Shown here piece after piece: positions 9,941 through 19,903 of a stretch of DNA of 64,000 bases (its first letter is position 1; each line of letters opens with the position of its first letter). The notes under the pieces are model-generated. The model saw only the letters and a list, made by a program, of their open reading frames with translations. It did not search any database and was not told where the DNA came from. A program made the position numbers and the translations under genes. This DNA is from a virus (Duplodnaviria > Caudoviricetes). Where the stretch lies: IMG/VR virus record IMGVR_UViG_3300030330_004210, positions 32,001 to 96,000 of that record; one strand, written 5' to 3'.

Positions 9941-10552
9941 TTATGGAGTGGTGGTTCCCGGCTTGAAGTAAGTATCCTCTTCAAGCGTCGTGTTGGTTCC
10001 AACAATCTCATTAGTAATTGGACCGACAGGAGAGCCGTCAGGAACTTCAAGATAAGCCCAGTCGTATCGAACAGAAAGCTCAATTGAGGACATATCATCA
10101 CTGTCATAAGCAAGATCAGAGAACTTAGCTCCAGTAAGGAAAGCATTCCAAAGAGTCCAAGTCTCAATCGGCTCGTTGAGAGAATCGACCTGTTGTATCT
10201 TCAAACCACCGAGCGCCGAAACAGCAGCCGCCTTCGAAGTAGTTGTACCGTAGGAAGCAGCCGTAAGGAGAGATGGGTCATAGCCAGAAGCCTTAACAAT
10301 CGCCAAAGTAGAGTTTGCTGCATCTGGGCTAACGGGATCAACCAACGTAAGGGTAATCTCACTCCACTCTGTACGGGTGGGGTAGTAGAACGTGTGGTTA
10401 AGGAACTTATGCTCCGTGGTGCCAATCGTAAAACTGGGCTTCGTAACGCTCTTAGCGTACCACTGTGCGCCGTTCTCCATGGTCCCTATAGTAATTAGAA
10501 ACCTATATGCTCTCTTCGGATCTTGTAATGTTGCGTCTGTCCAGAAACCCAT
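9941..10552 (-). CDS. gp19: Tail tube protein (gp19-like)
   Basis: DPKRAYRF, WSEITLTLVD, ETWTLWNAF, LAYDSDD...IELSVRYDWA; follows the sheath gene. Confidence 0.85.
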   Translation of the reverse strand: MGFWTDATLQDPKRAYRFLITIGTMENGAQWYAKSVTKPSFTIGTTEHKFLNHTFYYPTRTEWSEITLTLVDPVSPDAANSTLAIVKASGYDPSLLTAASYGTTTSKAAAVSALGGLKIQQVDSLNEPIETWTLWNAFLTGAKFSDLAYDSDDMSSIELSVRYDWAYLEVPDGSPVGPITNEIVGTNTTLEEDTYFKPGTTTP

Positions 10553-10584
10553 TGTTTGTATTCTCCCTTATGTATTAAATAGTC

Positions 10585-10611
10585 GGGGTAAAGTAAATTA
10601 CCCCTTTTTTT
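10585..10611 (+). terminator. Hairpin plus T7 tract, oriented against the genes
   Basis: GGGGTAA-AGTAAA-TTACCCC followed by TTTTTTT on the + strand, between sheath and tube genes. Confidence 0.45.
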
Positions 10612-13600
10612 CTAGTCCGTGAACGCTGCTCCGGTTCTAGTAATGTTGAAGTCGATAGCAATAAACTCGATTGCTCTAGCAGGCTTGAGGAAGATCTTAG
10701 CATACAGGATGTTGCGATCAACCAAATCCGGCGTTGTTGTCGTCTCGTCAAGAACAACTCTGAACTCTGTAAGACCCATTCTCGCCTTAACGCTTGCAAG
10801 AAGCGGCTCGGCTTGACTTGTGAAACGCTGCCATGTGGCAGGAACGTTCTGATCAAACAGAATGCCAGATGCAATTCTTGAAATCTCTTTCTTAATGAAG
10901 ATCATCAAGCGACGAACATTAACTCTGTCAAGAGCGCTCGGAGTAACCTGAAGAGTCTTCTGACCGAAGATCACAATACCCTCGCTTGGGAACGTAGCAA
11001 TCGGATTAATGTTAGCCTCGTAGAGCTTATCACGATCCGCTGCGGTTAGTCTCTCGGTTACCGCAGTCACCGGAATACCAGCGGCTCCATTCTTGCTCAG
11101 ACCGCCTCTGTTAAACCCTGCGGGAGCAAACCAGACTTCCGAAGCACGCTCGGAGCTAGCCATGGTGCCGATAGCAGCCACCGAAGGTGGAGCCCAAAGG
11201 AACTGACCAGTAACCGTGTCTCGAATCTGAACCCAAGGATAGTAAGCACAGCCATAGCTTGAATTGATCTGTCGATCTCTAAGAGCCGTCACAACCCCAT
11301 CAAGAGATGTTGCTGTAGCACGGCTCTTGAAATCGTTAGCATTTTCAGTGAACGGAAGGTAAATGCCTCGGAGATCGATAACACCAAGAGCATCACCACG
11401 ATCTTCGCAGACGTTAAGTACCTTCTGTGTAAGATTCTCATTCACAACACCGGGAACACTAAGCATGTTCATCTCAACAAACTCGGGATCCTTAACAGTG
11501 TTGATCGCCTTAGCAATCGTGTTGAAGGCATAGTTATTTACCTCTGTCTGCGTGGTGGTCTGCGTGAGAACGCCATCGCGGAAAGGATCCTTCTCGATAA
11601 TATTAAACCCATCGTACCCTCCGAACAGAGGAGAGGTGAATCTATTAAGACCGGAATCCAGAACTGCCTTATAGGAAGCAGATGTCACAGAATCGCCAAC
11701 GGTAACAGTATTGTCCCTACTGACACCAGAGCGCGAGCCCGACATCCAATAGCAGTCTTCGAGCTTGCCACCGGGAACAACAAGGTCGTCCAAGGTAAAG
11801 ATCCACGAATACTCTGCATTGGTAGGTGGACCTGTAAGCGAGCCGAAGCGGCTGGCTTCATCATAGGGAAGACCCCGAAGATAATCACGATAACCCATAT
11901 CAAACGTTGTAGAGGTTCTTCCGTTATCATAGTAGTTGGTCTGAAGACCCCAGTACGAGGACTTGGGATCAGAAGATCCATGATCAGAAGCCGAAAGTCT
12001 TGTAAGGGTCGATGGGAAGAACACGGAGCCCGTAAACTTACACCCGCCATCATCAGCACCTAAGATACTTGTCTGGATAGCAGTTGCGTTTGTAGCATCC
12101 ACGGTAGCCCCAAGCAGAAGCGGCTGACCAGCATAAGTGCCCGCACAAGAACCCGACCCCTCAAGGAACGAATAAGAGGCTGCGTCGCCGGTATCGTAGA
12201 ATACCTCCTCTGTAAGCAGTGTTTGACCAGCGTCTCCAAGAAGAGGCATAAAGTTATTTTTCGATTGGGCGGCGTTACCGGTTCCTGAAAGAATAGTCAA
12301 GCCCGGAGGACGCGGAGGTCCAAAGACGCCAAACGGCAGCAACTCAGCAGGAGCAGAGTTTAGATCTGGATTCATTTCAATACGGATAATCTCAGACCTG
12401 TTGGCAAACTCTCCGTACTCTCGTGTACGAGAATCATTGTAGTCCCACTCCACATAGCGGTCTCCAATCATTCTAGCGACATAGTTTGCAGACTGTGGGT
12501 CTAAGTTGCACTCGGAGAATCTTTCAATGATAACAGGTTTGGCATCAGAGTCGTTAGCAGCACGAACCACAACGGTGAACGAACCATAAGAACTAAAGTT
12601 ATTTGTAGCGGCTCTAATGTCCTGAATAGAAATCTTGAACTGCTCCTGAATTGCCTCGCCTCCGTCTCTACCGTGGAAACGGAAGAGCTTGGTCATGCTT
12701 CGAGCATCGTAAGAGGCATTGCCTGCGCCCCCAACCGAAGTAAGGTCTTGCGAGAAGAACCAGCCAGTTCTTGGGTTGATTGCACTCTGCTGACGGTCGT
12801 GAAACCCTGTGGTACCGGCAGTAGCTAGTGCTGTTGAGCCAGAGTTAACAGCCGCGATAAAGCCGTACACCTTACCGGGGGACGTACTTCCAAGCTTTTC
12901 AAACAAGTAAGACTCGTAAGTCTCGCCCAGCCAATAGGTGCCTTCGCCATCACTTAACGTTGAAGCATTGGTGATAGGACTTGTGTAGCCTTGGTCGGAG
13001 TTATTGACCAAAGTAGGGTTGGTGTTAAAGACTTTCCTAATGTAACGGTCACTGTTACGATTAAAGTTAAATTCGGTCTTCATGACACGCTGACCTGTCG
13101 AGTTCACCACCTCGGCAGTAAACGTTGCATTAGAGTCAGACTCAAGAACGATGCAGGTACCAGAGACATTAATCGGGTCAGCATCATATGTGGCACCGCG
13201 AGCACCACCAGAAAGAATAATTGTGGAGCCACTGTTGCAATACCAGATCGCAGCCAAAGAGCCAGATCCCATGTCGCCGGTCGCCTTGCTACCAGATGGG
13301 AGAACAAACAAGCCGTATGCACCGCCGTTAAGGTAGCGGCTTCCAATTCCTCCAACAGGGTTAGGAGAAACAGCATTATTGTCCGCTTGGTCTCCAAAGG
13401 AGTTCTTGGTAGTCCAGCCCGCTACGGCTTGGCTATTAGTGGTGTCAGCGCTCGGGTTTGCTTCACCCAAGGTACGAACAAAAGTAACGGGTCCGACTTG
13501 TGCATCAAGATACGCCTGTGTAGCATAGCCAGCATAGGTAGGACCTGCGATGTTTCCTTCTCGGAAATAATCGCCACCACCGCCGCCAGCCTCGGGGGGT

Positions 13601-13782
13601 CCGAACACATCCACAAACTCGCTAAAAGACTGAACCGTGTAGGGTCTATTAGCTGGTCCCTTCCGAGCACGCCCAATAAAAACAGGACCCACTTCGGGCG
13701 CAACCGCTGGTAACTGAGAGTTATCGATCTCTCTCAAGAAAATACCGGGCGAAACAAACTTAAATTTTCTTACATCTGACAT
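10612..13782 (-). CDS. gp18: Contractile tail sheath protein with large insertions
   Basis: N-terminal FVSPGIFLREID; C-terminal YYPWV, WFAPAGFNRG, LYEANINPIATFP, GQKTLQ, DRVNVRRL, KPARAIEFIAIDF. Confidence 0.95.
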   Translation of the reverse strand: MSDVRKFKFVSPGIFLREIDNSQLPAVAPEVGPVFIGRARKGPANRPYTVQSFSEFVDVFGPPEAGGGGGDYFREGNIAGPTYAGYATQAYLDAQVGPVTFVRTLGEANPSADTTNSQAVAGWTTKNSFGDQADNNAVSPNPVGGIGSRYLNGGAYGLFVLPSGSKATGDMGSGSLAAIWYCNSGSTIILSGGARGATYDADPINVSGTCIVLESDSNATFTAEVVNSTGQRVMKTEFNFNRNSDRYIRKVFNTNPTLVNNSDQGYTSPITNASTLSDGEGTYWLGETYESYLFEKLGSTSPGKVYGFIAAVNSGSTALATAGTTGFHDRQQSAINPRTGWFFSQDLTSVGGAGNASYDARSMTKLFRFHGRDGGEAIQEQFKISIQDIRAATNNFSSYGSFTVVVRAANDSDAKPVIIERFSECNLDPQSANYVARMIGDRYVEWDYNDSRTREYGEFANRSEIIRIEMNPDLNSAPAELLPFGVFGPPRPPGLTILSGTGNAAQSKNNFMPLLGDAGQTLLTEEVFYDTGDAASYSFLEGSGSCAGTYAGQPLLLGATVDATNATAIQTSILGADDGGCKFTGSVFFPSTLTRLSASDHGSSDPKSSYWGLQTNYYDNGRTSTTFDMGYRDYLRGLPYDEASRFGSLTGPPTNAEYSWIFTLDDLVVPGGKLEDCYWMSGSRSGVSRDNTVTVGDSVTSASYKAVLDSGLNRFTSPLFGGYDGFNIIEKDPFRDGVLTQTTTQTEVNNYAFNTIAKAINTVKDPEFVEMNMLSVPGVVNENLTQKVLNVCEDRGDALGVIDLRGIYLPFTENANDFKSRATATSLDGVVTALRDRQINSSYGCAYYPWVQIRDTVTGQFLWAPPSVAAIGTMASSERASEVWFAPAGFNRGGLSKNGAAGIPVTAVTERLTAADRDKLYEANINPIATFPSEGIVIFGQKTLQVTPSALDRVNVRRLMIFIKKEISRIASGILFDQNVPATWQRFTSQAEPLLASVKARMGLTEFRVVLDETTTTPDLVDRNILYAKIFLKPARAIEFIAIDFNITRTGAAFTD

Positions 13783-13858
13783 TACTTCTGGTCTCCTTTA
13801 GAACTGCAAAGATTCCAAGTTTCGTAAGTAAATAGTATATCATAAACCGAATCTCTCT

Positions 13859-14725
13859 TTAGTCTCTATAAAATCCTTTCTTTAAATACTCATTGATATC
13901 CCCGTAAATTACATGCTCGCGAGGTATTCTAACCTCAACAGCATTTTCTCTTGTAGTGACACGGGGTCGCTCATCATTTTTGCCCTTACCGATTAAGTAT
14001 CCAAGCACTTTGATATCAACTGTATTCAAGTAATAGCGACTGTCGTCGCCCATATTAACTGCATTGCTATTGTCACTAATATCATTTTGGATAAAACCTT
14101 CGAAGCGATGCCCATCCCTTTCCATAAAAAAGTTATTAATCTGACCTGTTTCGGTTAGCAAAGGCTGTATAATTTCGTTCATCTGCTGTAGGTATTCCGT
14201 TCTGATGGACAGAGTGTAGGATCCGACCACATATACAGGTATGGGGAATGTCTTTGTTTCGTAGACCACCTTCTTATTGTTAAAAGGAAAAGTCTCTTGA
14301 TTAAAGCGCCTCTTAGCTGTTGCATTTGCAAACTTAGACGTTTTAGTTTGTTCTATCCTTCTAGAGACAGTCAGGGTTCTTGCCCCACCCTTTGGATCAT
14401 TTGCATTTGCAATGTGTGCCCAAGCAACACCCTTCATCGCTGGGTCCTTTTGAAAGCCGTTTCTGTGCAAGGTTATCATGGGCAAAATAATTCGACTACT
14501 ACCATCTCGGATGTCTCGATCTGATTTTACTTGCCAGCTTCTTTCTCCACTGACCCATCTAATCTTTACCTTCTCCCACCCTTTGTTTGTGGTCGCAAAA
14601 GGGTCCACAGTTTCATTTATCCAATCATAGAAGGCATAATCAATCGTCTCTATGGTTGACGGCATTAGCGTCATTTCACGGACTTTATCGTTATCTTTAC
14701 CAACTATTGTTTCATCACTCGGCAT
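13859..14725 (-). CDS. Tail terminator / sheath stabiliser (gp15-like)
   Basis: ILPMITLHR, PIPVYVVGSYTLSI, QQMNEIIQ; position between neck and sheath genes. Confidence 0.65.
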   Translation of the reverse strand: MPSDETIVGKDNDKVREMTLMPSTIETIDYAFYDWINETVDPFATTNKGWEKVKIRWVSGERSWQVKSDRDIRDGSSRIILPMITLHRNGFQKDPAMKGVAWAHIANANDPKGGARTLTVSRRIEQTKTSKFANATAKRRFNQETFPFNNKKVVYETKTFPIPVYVVGSYTLSIRTEYLQQMNEIIQPLLTETGQINNFFMERDGHRFEGFIQNDISDNSNAVNMGDDSRYYLNTVDIKVLGYLIGKGKNDERPRVTTRENAVEVRIPREHVIYGDINEYLKKGFYRD

Positions 14726-15206
14726 TGAAAGTCCCCTCTCTGACGGCTGTGCAGCGTGCAGCGATCTCCATTCTATTGTCTATCTGACCGAAAAGGCGCG
14801 ATTCAGACAACTGAACGATCTCATAGTAAATATCTCCGTAAAGAACGAAATCGCCTTGTCTAACAAATAAATCTTGATCTTCTGTTAATCGGCGTCGATG
14901 AAAATGAACTGTAATATTGGCATCGAAATCTATACCGACGTTATCTGTGTATACAGTTTGATAATCTATCATCTCAACAAGAGCCATAACACGAATGGGA
15001 GGCAGGAAAGTTTTAACTATAGCCTCTCCATAAAGGTCATGAAAGTTAGTCCTGTCTACATCAATGGGGTAGTAAACAATCTTTTGCCCTATGACCTTCT
15101 CAATTAGCTCGTCGTTTACCTGCTTGACAAGATCTCTTTCCTTCTTGCCGGTAAACAAAGGAGGCGGGGGAGAATCTGGTTGTGACCATTTGTTTTTAGT
15201 AGACAT
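14715..15206 (-). CDS. Neck / head closure protein (gp14-like)
   Basis: ELIEKVIGQKIVYY, DLYGEA, GDFVLYGDIYYEI; synteny. Confidence 0.7.
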   Translation of the reverse strand: MSTKNKWSQPDSPPPPLFTGKKERDLVKQVNDELIEKVIGQKIVYYPIDVDRTNFHDLYGEAIVKTFLPPIRVMALVEMIDYQTVYTDNVGIDFDANITVHFHRRRLTEDQDLFVRQGDFVLYGDIYYEIVQLSESRLFGQIDNRMEIAARCTAVREGTFNAE

Positions 15207-15212
15207 CCTTTA

Positions 15213-16490
15213 TCACCCCTGATAGATAAACAACGGAACATACTTGTTTGTAGTGTTCACGCTCGTCATAAGTGCCGCCTCTTGCTCCGCAATCTTAGCG
15301 TAGGTCATTTCATCAAGCACGGTCTTTAGCTCCTCACGCAAAGTCTGTTGTTCATCTTTTGCTTGTGAAAGAAGATCCGAACCATTCAGATTTACAGATT
15401 CTCCGGGTATCGGAATAGTCGCAAACTTGCTCCTGACCTGACCGAGTGTTTCTTTTGTTAGTGCTAATGCAAATCTGCGGATCCACTGTTTGCCAATCGC
15501 GTTTATAGAATCATAAGGAATGTTTGTAAACGGCAGCGTATTCATGTTGTTGATGCCATCAACTCCCGTCTCTTGGATGTCTTGATCATCCCAAGCGTTT
15601 TCTTGGTTATCAATAGTAAAATTAACCCACAACTTATTAACGATATCTGCGTCTGGTTCTGGATATATGCGGATATTATTGTTATGTATTTCGTAAGAGT
15701 AGTGAGACAATCTAGTATATAGATGATCTTCATAAGCCATGGCTTGCATTTTATTTTGCCAAACGGGAACTATTTCAAAGGTAGAGTCATCGGTATATTG
15801 ACCATAACCATAAATAGAGCCGTTACCAACAACATTAAGACCGCCATAGTATCCAAAGAACCTCCACATTGACTGTGGAGTCTTATAAAATACTCTCTCT
15901 ATGGTAATCCTCTTGTTGCCAACCTGTAAAGCATATGGATAACCCGAGTCTGAAACGGCAGCGGAGCTTGAAATTAAACTTTGTAAATCATAGTCCTGAA
16001 CACCCGTTTCCAAGTCAATAGAAGCAGAGTAATAGGGCTTTGTTCCGCCAAAACCAGCATACTGGGCAGTTGCTGGACCAACACGCTTTGGGTACCTTAA
16101 ATCAAACTTAGGATATTTTAGCTCAATCTGACTACCGCTAAGTGTATCGCCACCCTTCATTACACCGTTATGATCAAAACTGGCTGTTGCTTGCCCAAGC
16201 ACATCGCCAAGAATGTTTTTAGCCTGATGGGTGTTAACGATATATGAATATTCCAAGCAAGCTTCTTCGTAATTAGCATACACTGAACCGGAGGTAACCT
16301 CAATGTCCAAGATGTCGCCACCAAGCTTTTGATATGTGTACGCCACTTGATCAGCAGCCCCAGACAAGAAATCAAAAGAGCCCGTATACATGCCCAGCGG
16401 ACATGCTGAAGATACGTCAGTTGTTGAGCCTGTAGCCGGGAGAACAACTGAACTTTGCTGACTCACTGGATTTAACTTGGGTATAGCCAT
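15213..16490 (-). CDS. Neck / head-tail adaptor protein (gp13-like)
   Basis: KLGGDILDIEV; C-terminal WIRRFALALTKETLGQVRSKF...PGESVNLNGSDL matches the gp13 pattern. Confidence 0.75.
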   Translation of the reverse strand: MAIPKLNPVSQQSSVVLPATGSTTDVSSACPLGMYTGSFDFLSGAADQVAYTYQKLGGDILDIEVTSGSVYANYEEACLEYSYIVNTHQAKNILGDVLGQATASFDHNGVMKGGDTLSGSQIELKYPKFDLRYPKRVGPATAQYAGFGGTKPYYSASIDLETGVQDYDLQSLISSSAAVSDSGYPYALQVGNKRITIERVFYKTPQSMWRFFGYYGGLNVVGNGSIYGYGQYTDDSTFEIVPVWQNKMQAMAYEDHLYTRLSHYSYEIHNNNIRIYPEPDADIVNKLWVNFTIDNQENAWDDQDIQETGVDGINNMNTLPFTNIPYDSINAIGKQWIRRFALALTKETLGQVRSKFATIPIPGESVNLNGSDLLSQAKDEQQTLREELKTVLDEMTYAKIAEQEAALMTSVNTTNKYVPLFIYQG

Positions 16491-16540
16491 ACATGGTTCC
16501 TCCTATCATAGTAAATAGTCAGCCATATAACAAAAGAGCG

Positions 16541-16804
16541 CTACTTCTTGGAAGTTGTCTTTTTGGCTCTGGTGGTTGTGGTTTTGCGCTTAGGTGCTGC
16601 TTTTGTTTTAGGCTTTGCCTTTGCTTTAGGCTTGGGGGCAATCTCCTCTTCAACAGCATCTAAGACTGGGGTCTCTGCCTCCTCAACAACAGGAGCCATC
16701 TCGTCTGCCACCTGCTGGTTAGAAAGCGCTGCCATTGCAGGGTGGTTTGCAAACTTTGTCCCAAACTTTTGTGGCTTAGCTATCATTCTTCTTTTCTTAC
16801 CCAT
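16541..16804 (-). CDS. Small protein with a Lys/Ala/Thr-rich, histone-like C-terminus
   Basis: 87 aa with SD AGGAG; tail PKPKAKAKPKTKAAPKRKTTTTRAKKTTSKK. Confidence 0.65.
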   Translation of the reverse strand: MGKKRRMIAKPQKFGTKFANHPAMAALSNQQVADEMAPVVEEAETPVLDAVEEEIAPKPKAKAKPKTKAAPKRKTTTTRAKKTTSKK

Positions 16805-16851
16805 GTTTATCTCCTATTGGTCTAAGTTGGATATTATAAATAGTTCTTCTT

Positions 16852-16889
16852 AAAACAAAAAGCCCTCGTCATCCGAAGACAACGAGGGC
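16852..16889 (-). terminator. Rho-independent terminator after the major capsid gene
   Basis: GCCCTCGTTGTC-TTCG-GATGACGAGGGC followed by TTTTTGTTTT on the minus strand. Confidence 0.85.
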
Positions 16890-16913
16890 GTAATGTTTGC
16901 TAGGCGTTAGCTA

Positions 16914-18719
16914 TCAGCTACCGGACTCACCAAGGAGACCGCGACAGATAACCAGACCGTACATATCAGGGCGCACCATCTTCTTGGCGTACCGAGTCAT
17001 GACACCCTTGCGGGGCACGAAGTCCTCGACACCGAAGATAGTCGGCGTGACCTGAAGTGGGACATACGGAGCGTAGACATAGCCCGACTCAAGGAAGCTA
17101 CCACCCTTACGACCAATCAGAAGCACGTTCCGTGGGAAGTAAGGATCGACGTACACGTCGAACTTCTTAGAGAGCGAACCAACGTTCACTGCACCGATAG
17201 TACCTCTGTCCTGATCATGCGTGACCGAAGCGCGGAAGCCGCTAGTGAACTCAAGGATGTTAGCAACCTCGGGCGATGTCACCACGAAGTTAGCGCCACC
17301 CCGGAGAGTCTTGCGGTGAATCTGAGCGGACACATCATTGATGGTCTCAATCAGAGTCTCGTACCACTCGGAAACCGTACCGGTGAAGTCAGGAGCAGCC
17401 GCAGATGCACCAATCTCAGCACCAGTTGTGCGGTTCACGAACAGACCCGGCGAACGCGACCAGTAGAATGTACCGGCAGTAGCACCCTTGATAAGATCCT
17501 CAAGGATCTCACGGTCAATCTCAAGAGCAATCTGCTCGGAGAGGATGCTCGTAAGCTCGACCTCGGCATCAAGGTTGTGGTAGGCGTTAAGGTCTTGCCC
17601 TAACTCCGGAGTCCACTTCGCCTTGAGCTTCTTGGTGATCGCCGTCACACTGACACTATCCACCTTGATATCAATCTCGGGGATCGTCTCGGTGTCCTCA
17701 AGACCCCAAGTAGTGGTTGCACGAACAGCACCAAGTGCCTCGTCCGAACCAGCAGTCGGCGTGCCATTGAAGTTATCAACGATTGGGAAATCGTAGGTCT
17801 TAGCCAACGAGGCGGTAAGAAGACCCAAGAGGCTCTTCGAAAGGTTTGCGCCCGATGCGCCACCATTGTCAAGAACCGATGAACCAGTCGCCTCGTACAC
17901 CATGGTAATCTTGTAGCCAGACTGACCCGGAGCATTGTCGCCAGTTGAACCAGACGAAACCTGTGTAAGACGACGCACAAGACGACCCGGCGACTGAGCG
18001 CCCATGTCGGTTGCAATCGCAACAAGATCCTGCGTGTTGAACTGAGTCAAGTCCGTAGACCCGGTGGTCTCGACAACGACAACAGCAGAGCCGTCAAGAT
18101 CTGGATCGTAACGGGTCAGCTTGTTAAGCGTATCGATATCTGCCTGCGAGAGCGGGAAGCTACCAGCACCAGCAGCCGCACCGATAGTGCCAGAAGCAAC
18201 GACCACAAAAGTATTTGTGATAGCCGCAGAGCCAGTGGCAGACGTAAAGCCGTTGTTAAGGTTGTAGGGTCCAACATCAGCGTTATCACCCGTAAGCGAG
18301 ACGCCACCTGTTAGCTCCTGACCAACGACGCCCTGACCATAGATCGAGTCGCCATCAGTTTGACCGAGACGAGTATCCCCGAACGTGAAGTCAAGGAAAA
18401 AGATCAGACCAGACGGCAAGCTCATGGGCTGCACGCTGACCAGATCGTTAGCAATAAGACCGCCAAAGACGCGACGAACGATTGGGAAAGCCACCGCCGC
18501 GAAGCCCTCAACGTCGCCAGCCGCCATAGACGAACCAGCGGCTTCCTTGAGAAGCTGCTTAGCCTGATTTTCCAGCAAACGAGCCATCGTATGCTTGGTA
18601 CGGTCATTGCCGAGACCTTCCAGAAGTCCTGTCCGCTCCCACTTGGAGAGAAGAGCAGCACCTTCCGAACGGAGGTCTCTATTAACAATACCTTCTGTTA
18701 ATTTCTCTAAAATAGACAT
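16914..18719 (-). CDS. gp23: Major capsid protein (T4 gp23-like)
   Basis: VSVQPMSLPSGLIFFLDF, KLKAKWTPELGQDL, EIDREI, YAPYVPL, PRKGVMTRY; strong SD AGGAGG. Confidence 0.97.
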   Translation of the reverse strand: MSILEKLTEGIVNRDLRSEGAALLSKWERTGLLEGLGNDRTKHTMARLLENQAKQLLKEAAGSSMAAGDVEGFAAVAFPIVRRVFGGLIANDLVSVQPMSLPSGLIFFLDFTFGDTRLGQTDGDSIYGQGVVGQELTGGVSLTGDNADVGPYNLNNGFTSATGSAAITNTFVVVASGTIGAAAGAGSFPLSQADIDTLNKLTRYDPDLDGSAVVVVETTGSTDLTQFNTQDLVAIATDMGAQSPGRLVRRLTQVSSGSTGDNAPGQSGYKITMVYEATGSSVLDNGGASGANLSKSLLGLLTASLAKTYDFPIVDNFNGTPTAGSDEALGAVRATTTWGLEDTETIPEIDIKVDSVSVTAITKKLKAKWTPELGQDLNAYHNLDAEVELTSILSEQIALEIDREILEDLIKGATAGTFYWSRSPGLFVNRTTGAEIGASAAAPDFTGTVSEWYETLIETINDVSAQIHRKTLRGGANFVVTSPEVANILEFTSGFRASVTHDQDRGTIGAVNVGSLSKKFDVYVDPYFPRNVLLIGRKGGSFLESGYVYAPYVPLQVTPTIFGVEDFVPRKGVMTRYAKKMVRPDMYGLVICRGLLGESGS

Positions 18720-18735
18720 TTTAAGTCCTCCTTTT

Positions 18736-19812
18736 TTATTTATTAGTTATGCCTGCTAGTCTTTGCATACGCTGAACCGCAGACGTATCAGCACTGCTTG
18801 ACGACTCTCTACGAGCCATCAAAGGAGAAGTCCGATTGATTGCTTCACTCAGTGATTTTGGCGTCCTCTTGGAGGAAGTGCCCACTGCGTTTTGGAGCGT
18901 TTCAAAAACGATCTTCGCCTCGTTTACAGAACGAGATTCTGAAATAGCTTCGGCAATCTTACTCTTTTGCCGCTCATTCAGGGAGTCACTATTCAGTACA
19001 CGATTCGTGTAAAATAATCTAGCATTTGTAAGATTCACTTCTTCAAGTTTATCTTTTAAGCTAGAAACTGTGTTAGCAAGTCTCTTGTTCATAGTCCTTG
19101 TGCCCTCATTGCTTTCGCTTAACTGGGCGTAGTCCTTTTTGATATTACTAAGAGCTTGCTTTAAAACTTTGATTTCTTCCTGTGCTTCGGTGGACGCGAG
19201 GCGTGCCAACTCAAGCTCAGCATTAAAATTCATGATAGATTCGGGAGTACCAGCCCAGCCACTCTTTTGTGGCTTGATGTCTACAACCAATTCTTCAAGG
19301 AGTGCATCGATATTTTCTTCAGTAAGTTCGATCTCCTCTTCCATTTTCTCTTCTTTGTCAGGGCACTTACATTCCTTACCCTTACCTTTACACTCTGGAC
19401 ACCTTTCCTCTTCCAGAGCCTCTTCTTCAAGAGCTTCCAAGATAGCTTCTGTCAACTCTAGCTCTGGCTCCTCTGGTGCGGCTTCAACTTCCTGACCAAT
19501 ATCCATGGTATCGCCCATAGGCTCTGATGCCATCAGAGCATTAAGCTCGTCAAAGTCAACCTCGATCTTCTCATCATCATCAGGACACGGGCAAAGCTTC
19601 ACGCCTTCAGCAGCAGCAAGGGAAGGCATATCGCCTTCTTCCTCTTCTGGATCTTCCATGTCCATAAGATCGTCTTCCTGCTCAAGCAAAGAAGAAACAG
19701 CGTCCCGCACCTCTGGGGCATACTTCTCAAGAATTGAACTTTCTGCACTCTTAAGAGCGGCTTCCTTTAATGCTGTTGCGTCTATAATCGCTTGTTCTAA
19801 TAATGTTGACAT
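18736..19812 (-). CDS. Prohead core scaffold protein (gp22-like)
   Basis: Acidic coiled coil with many LxE motifs, directly upstream of the capsid gene; ends RMQRLAGI. Confidence 0.75.
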   Translation of the reverse strand: MSTLLEQAIIDATALKEAALKSAESSILEKYAPEVRDAVSSLLEQEDDLMDMEDPEEEEGDMPSLAAAEGVKLCPCPDDDEKIEVDFDELNALMASEPMGDTMDIGQEVEAAPEEPELELTEAILEALEEEALEEERCPECKGKGKECKCPDKEEKMEEEIELTEENIDALLEELVVDIKPQKSGWAGTPESIMNFNAELELARLASTEAQEEIKVLKQALSNIKKDYAQLSESNEGTRTMNKRLANTVSSLKDKLEEVNLTNARLFYTNRVLNSDSLNERQKSKIAEAISESRSVNEAKIVFETLQNAVGTSSKRTPKSLSEAINRTSPLMARRESSSSADTSAVQRMQRLAGITNK

Positions 19813-19903
19813 ATATAATTTTCTCCAGAAGAAGATTCTTTTTCACAAGTAAGTAGTATCTAAAAATTAGAAATCACCGAATTAACATCAATGTTTTTAG
19901 CTG

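Noticed and set aside
12991-13713. 240-aa + strand ORF, and similar ones at 6604-7710, 22187-22882 and 56670-57182
   Set aside because: They are antisense shadows of well-supported minus-strand genes, with no recognisable motifs.
2027-14725. Extracellular contractile injection system or tailocin
   Set aside because: Capsid, portal, protease, terminase and replication genes are contiguous with the tail genes, so this is a complete phage.
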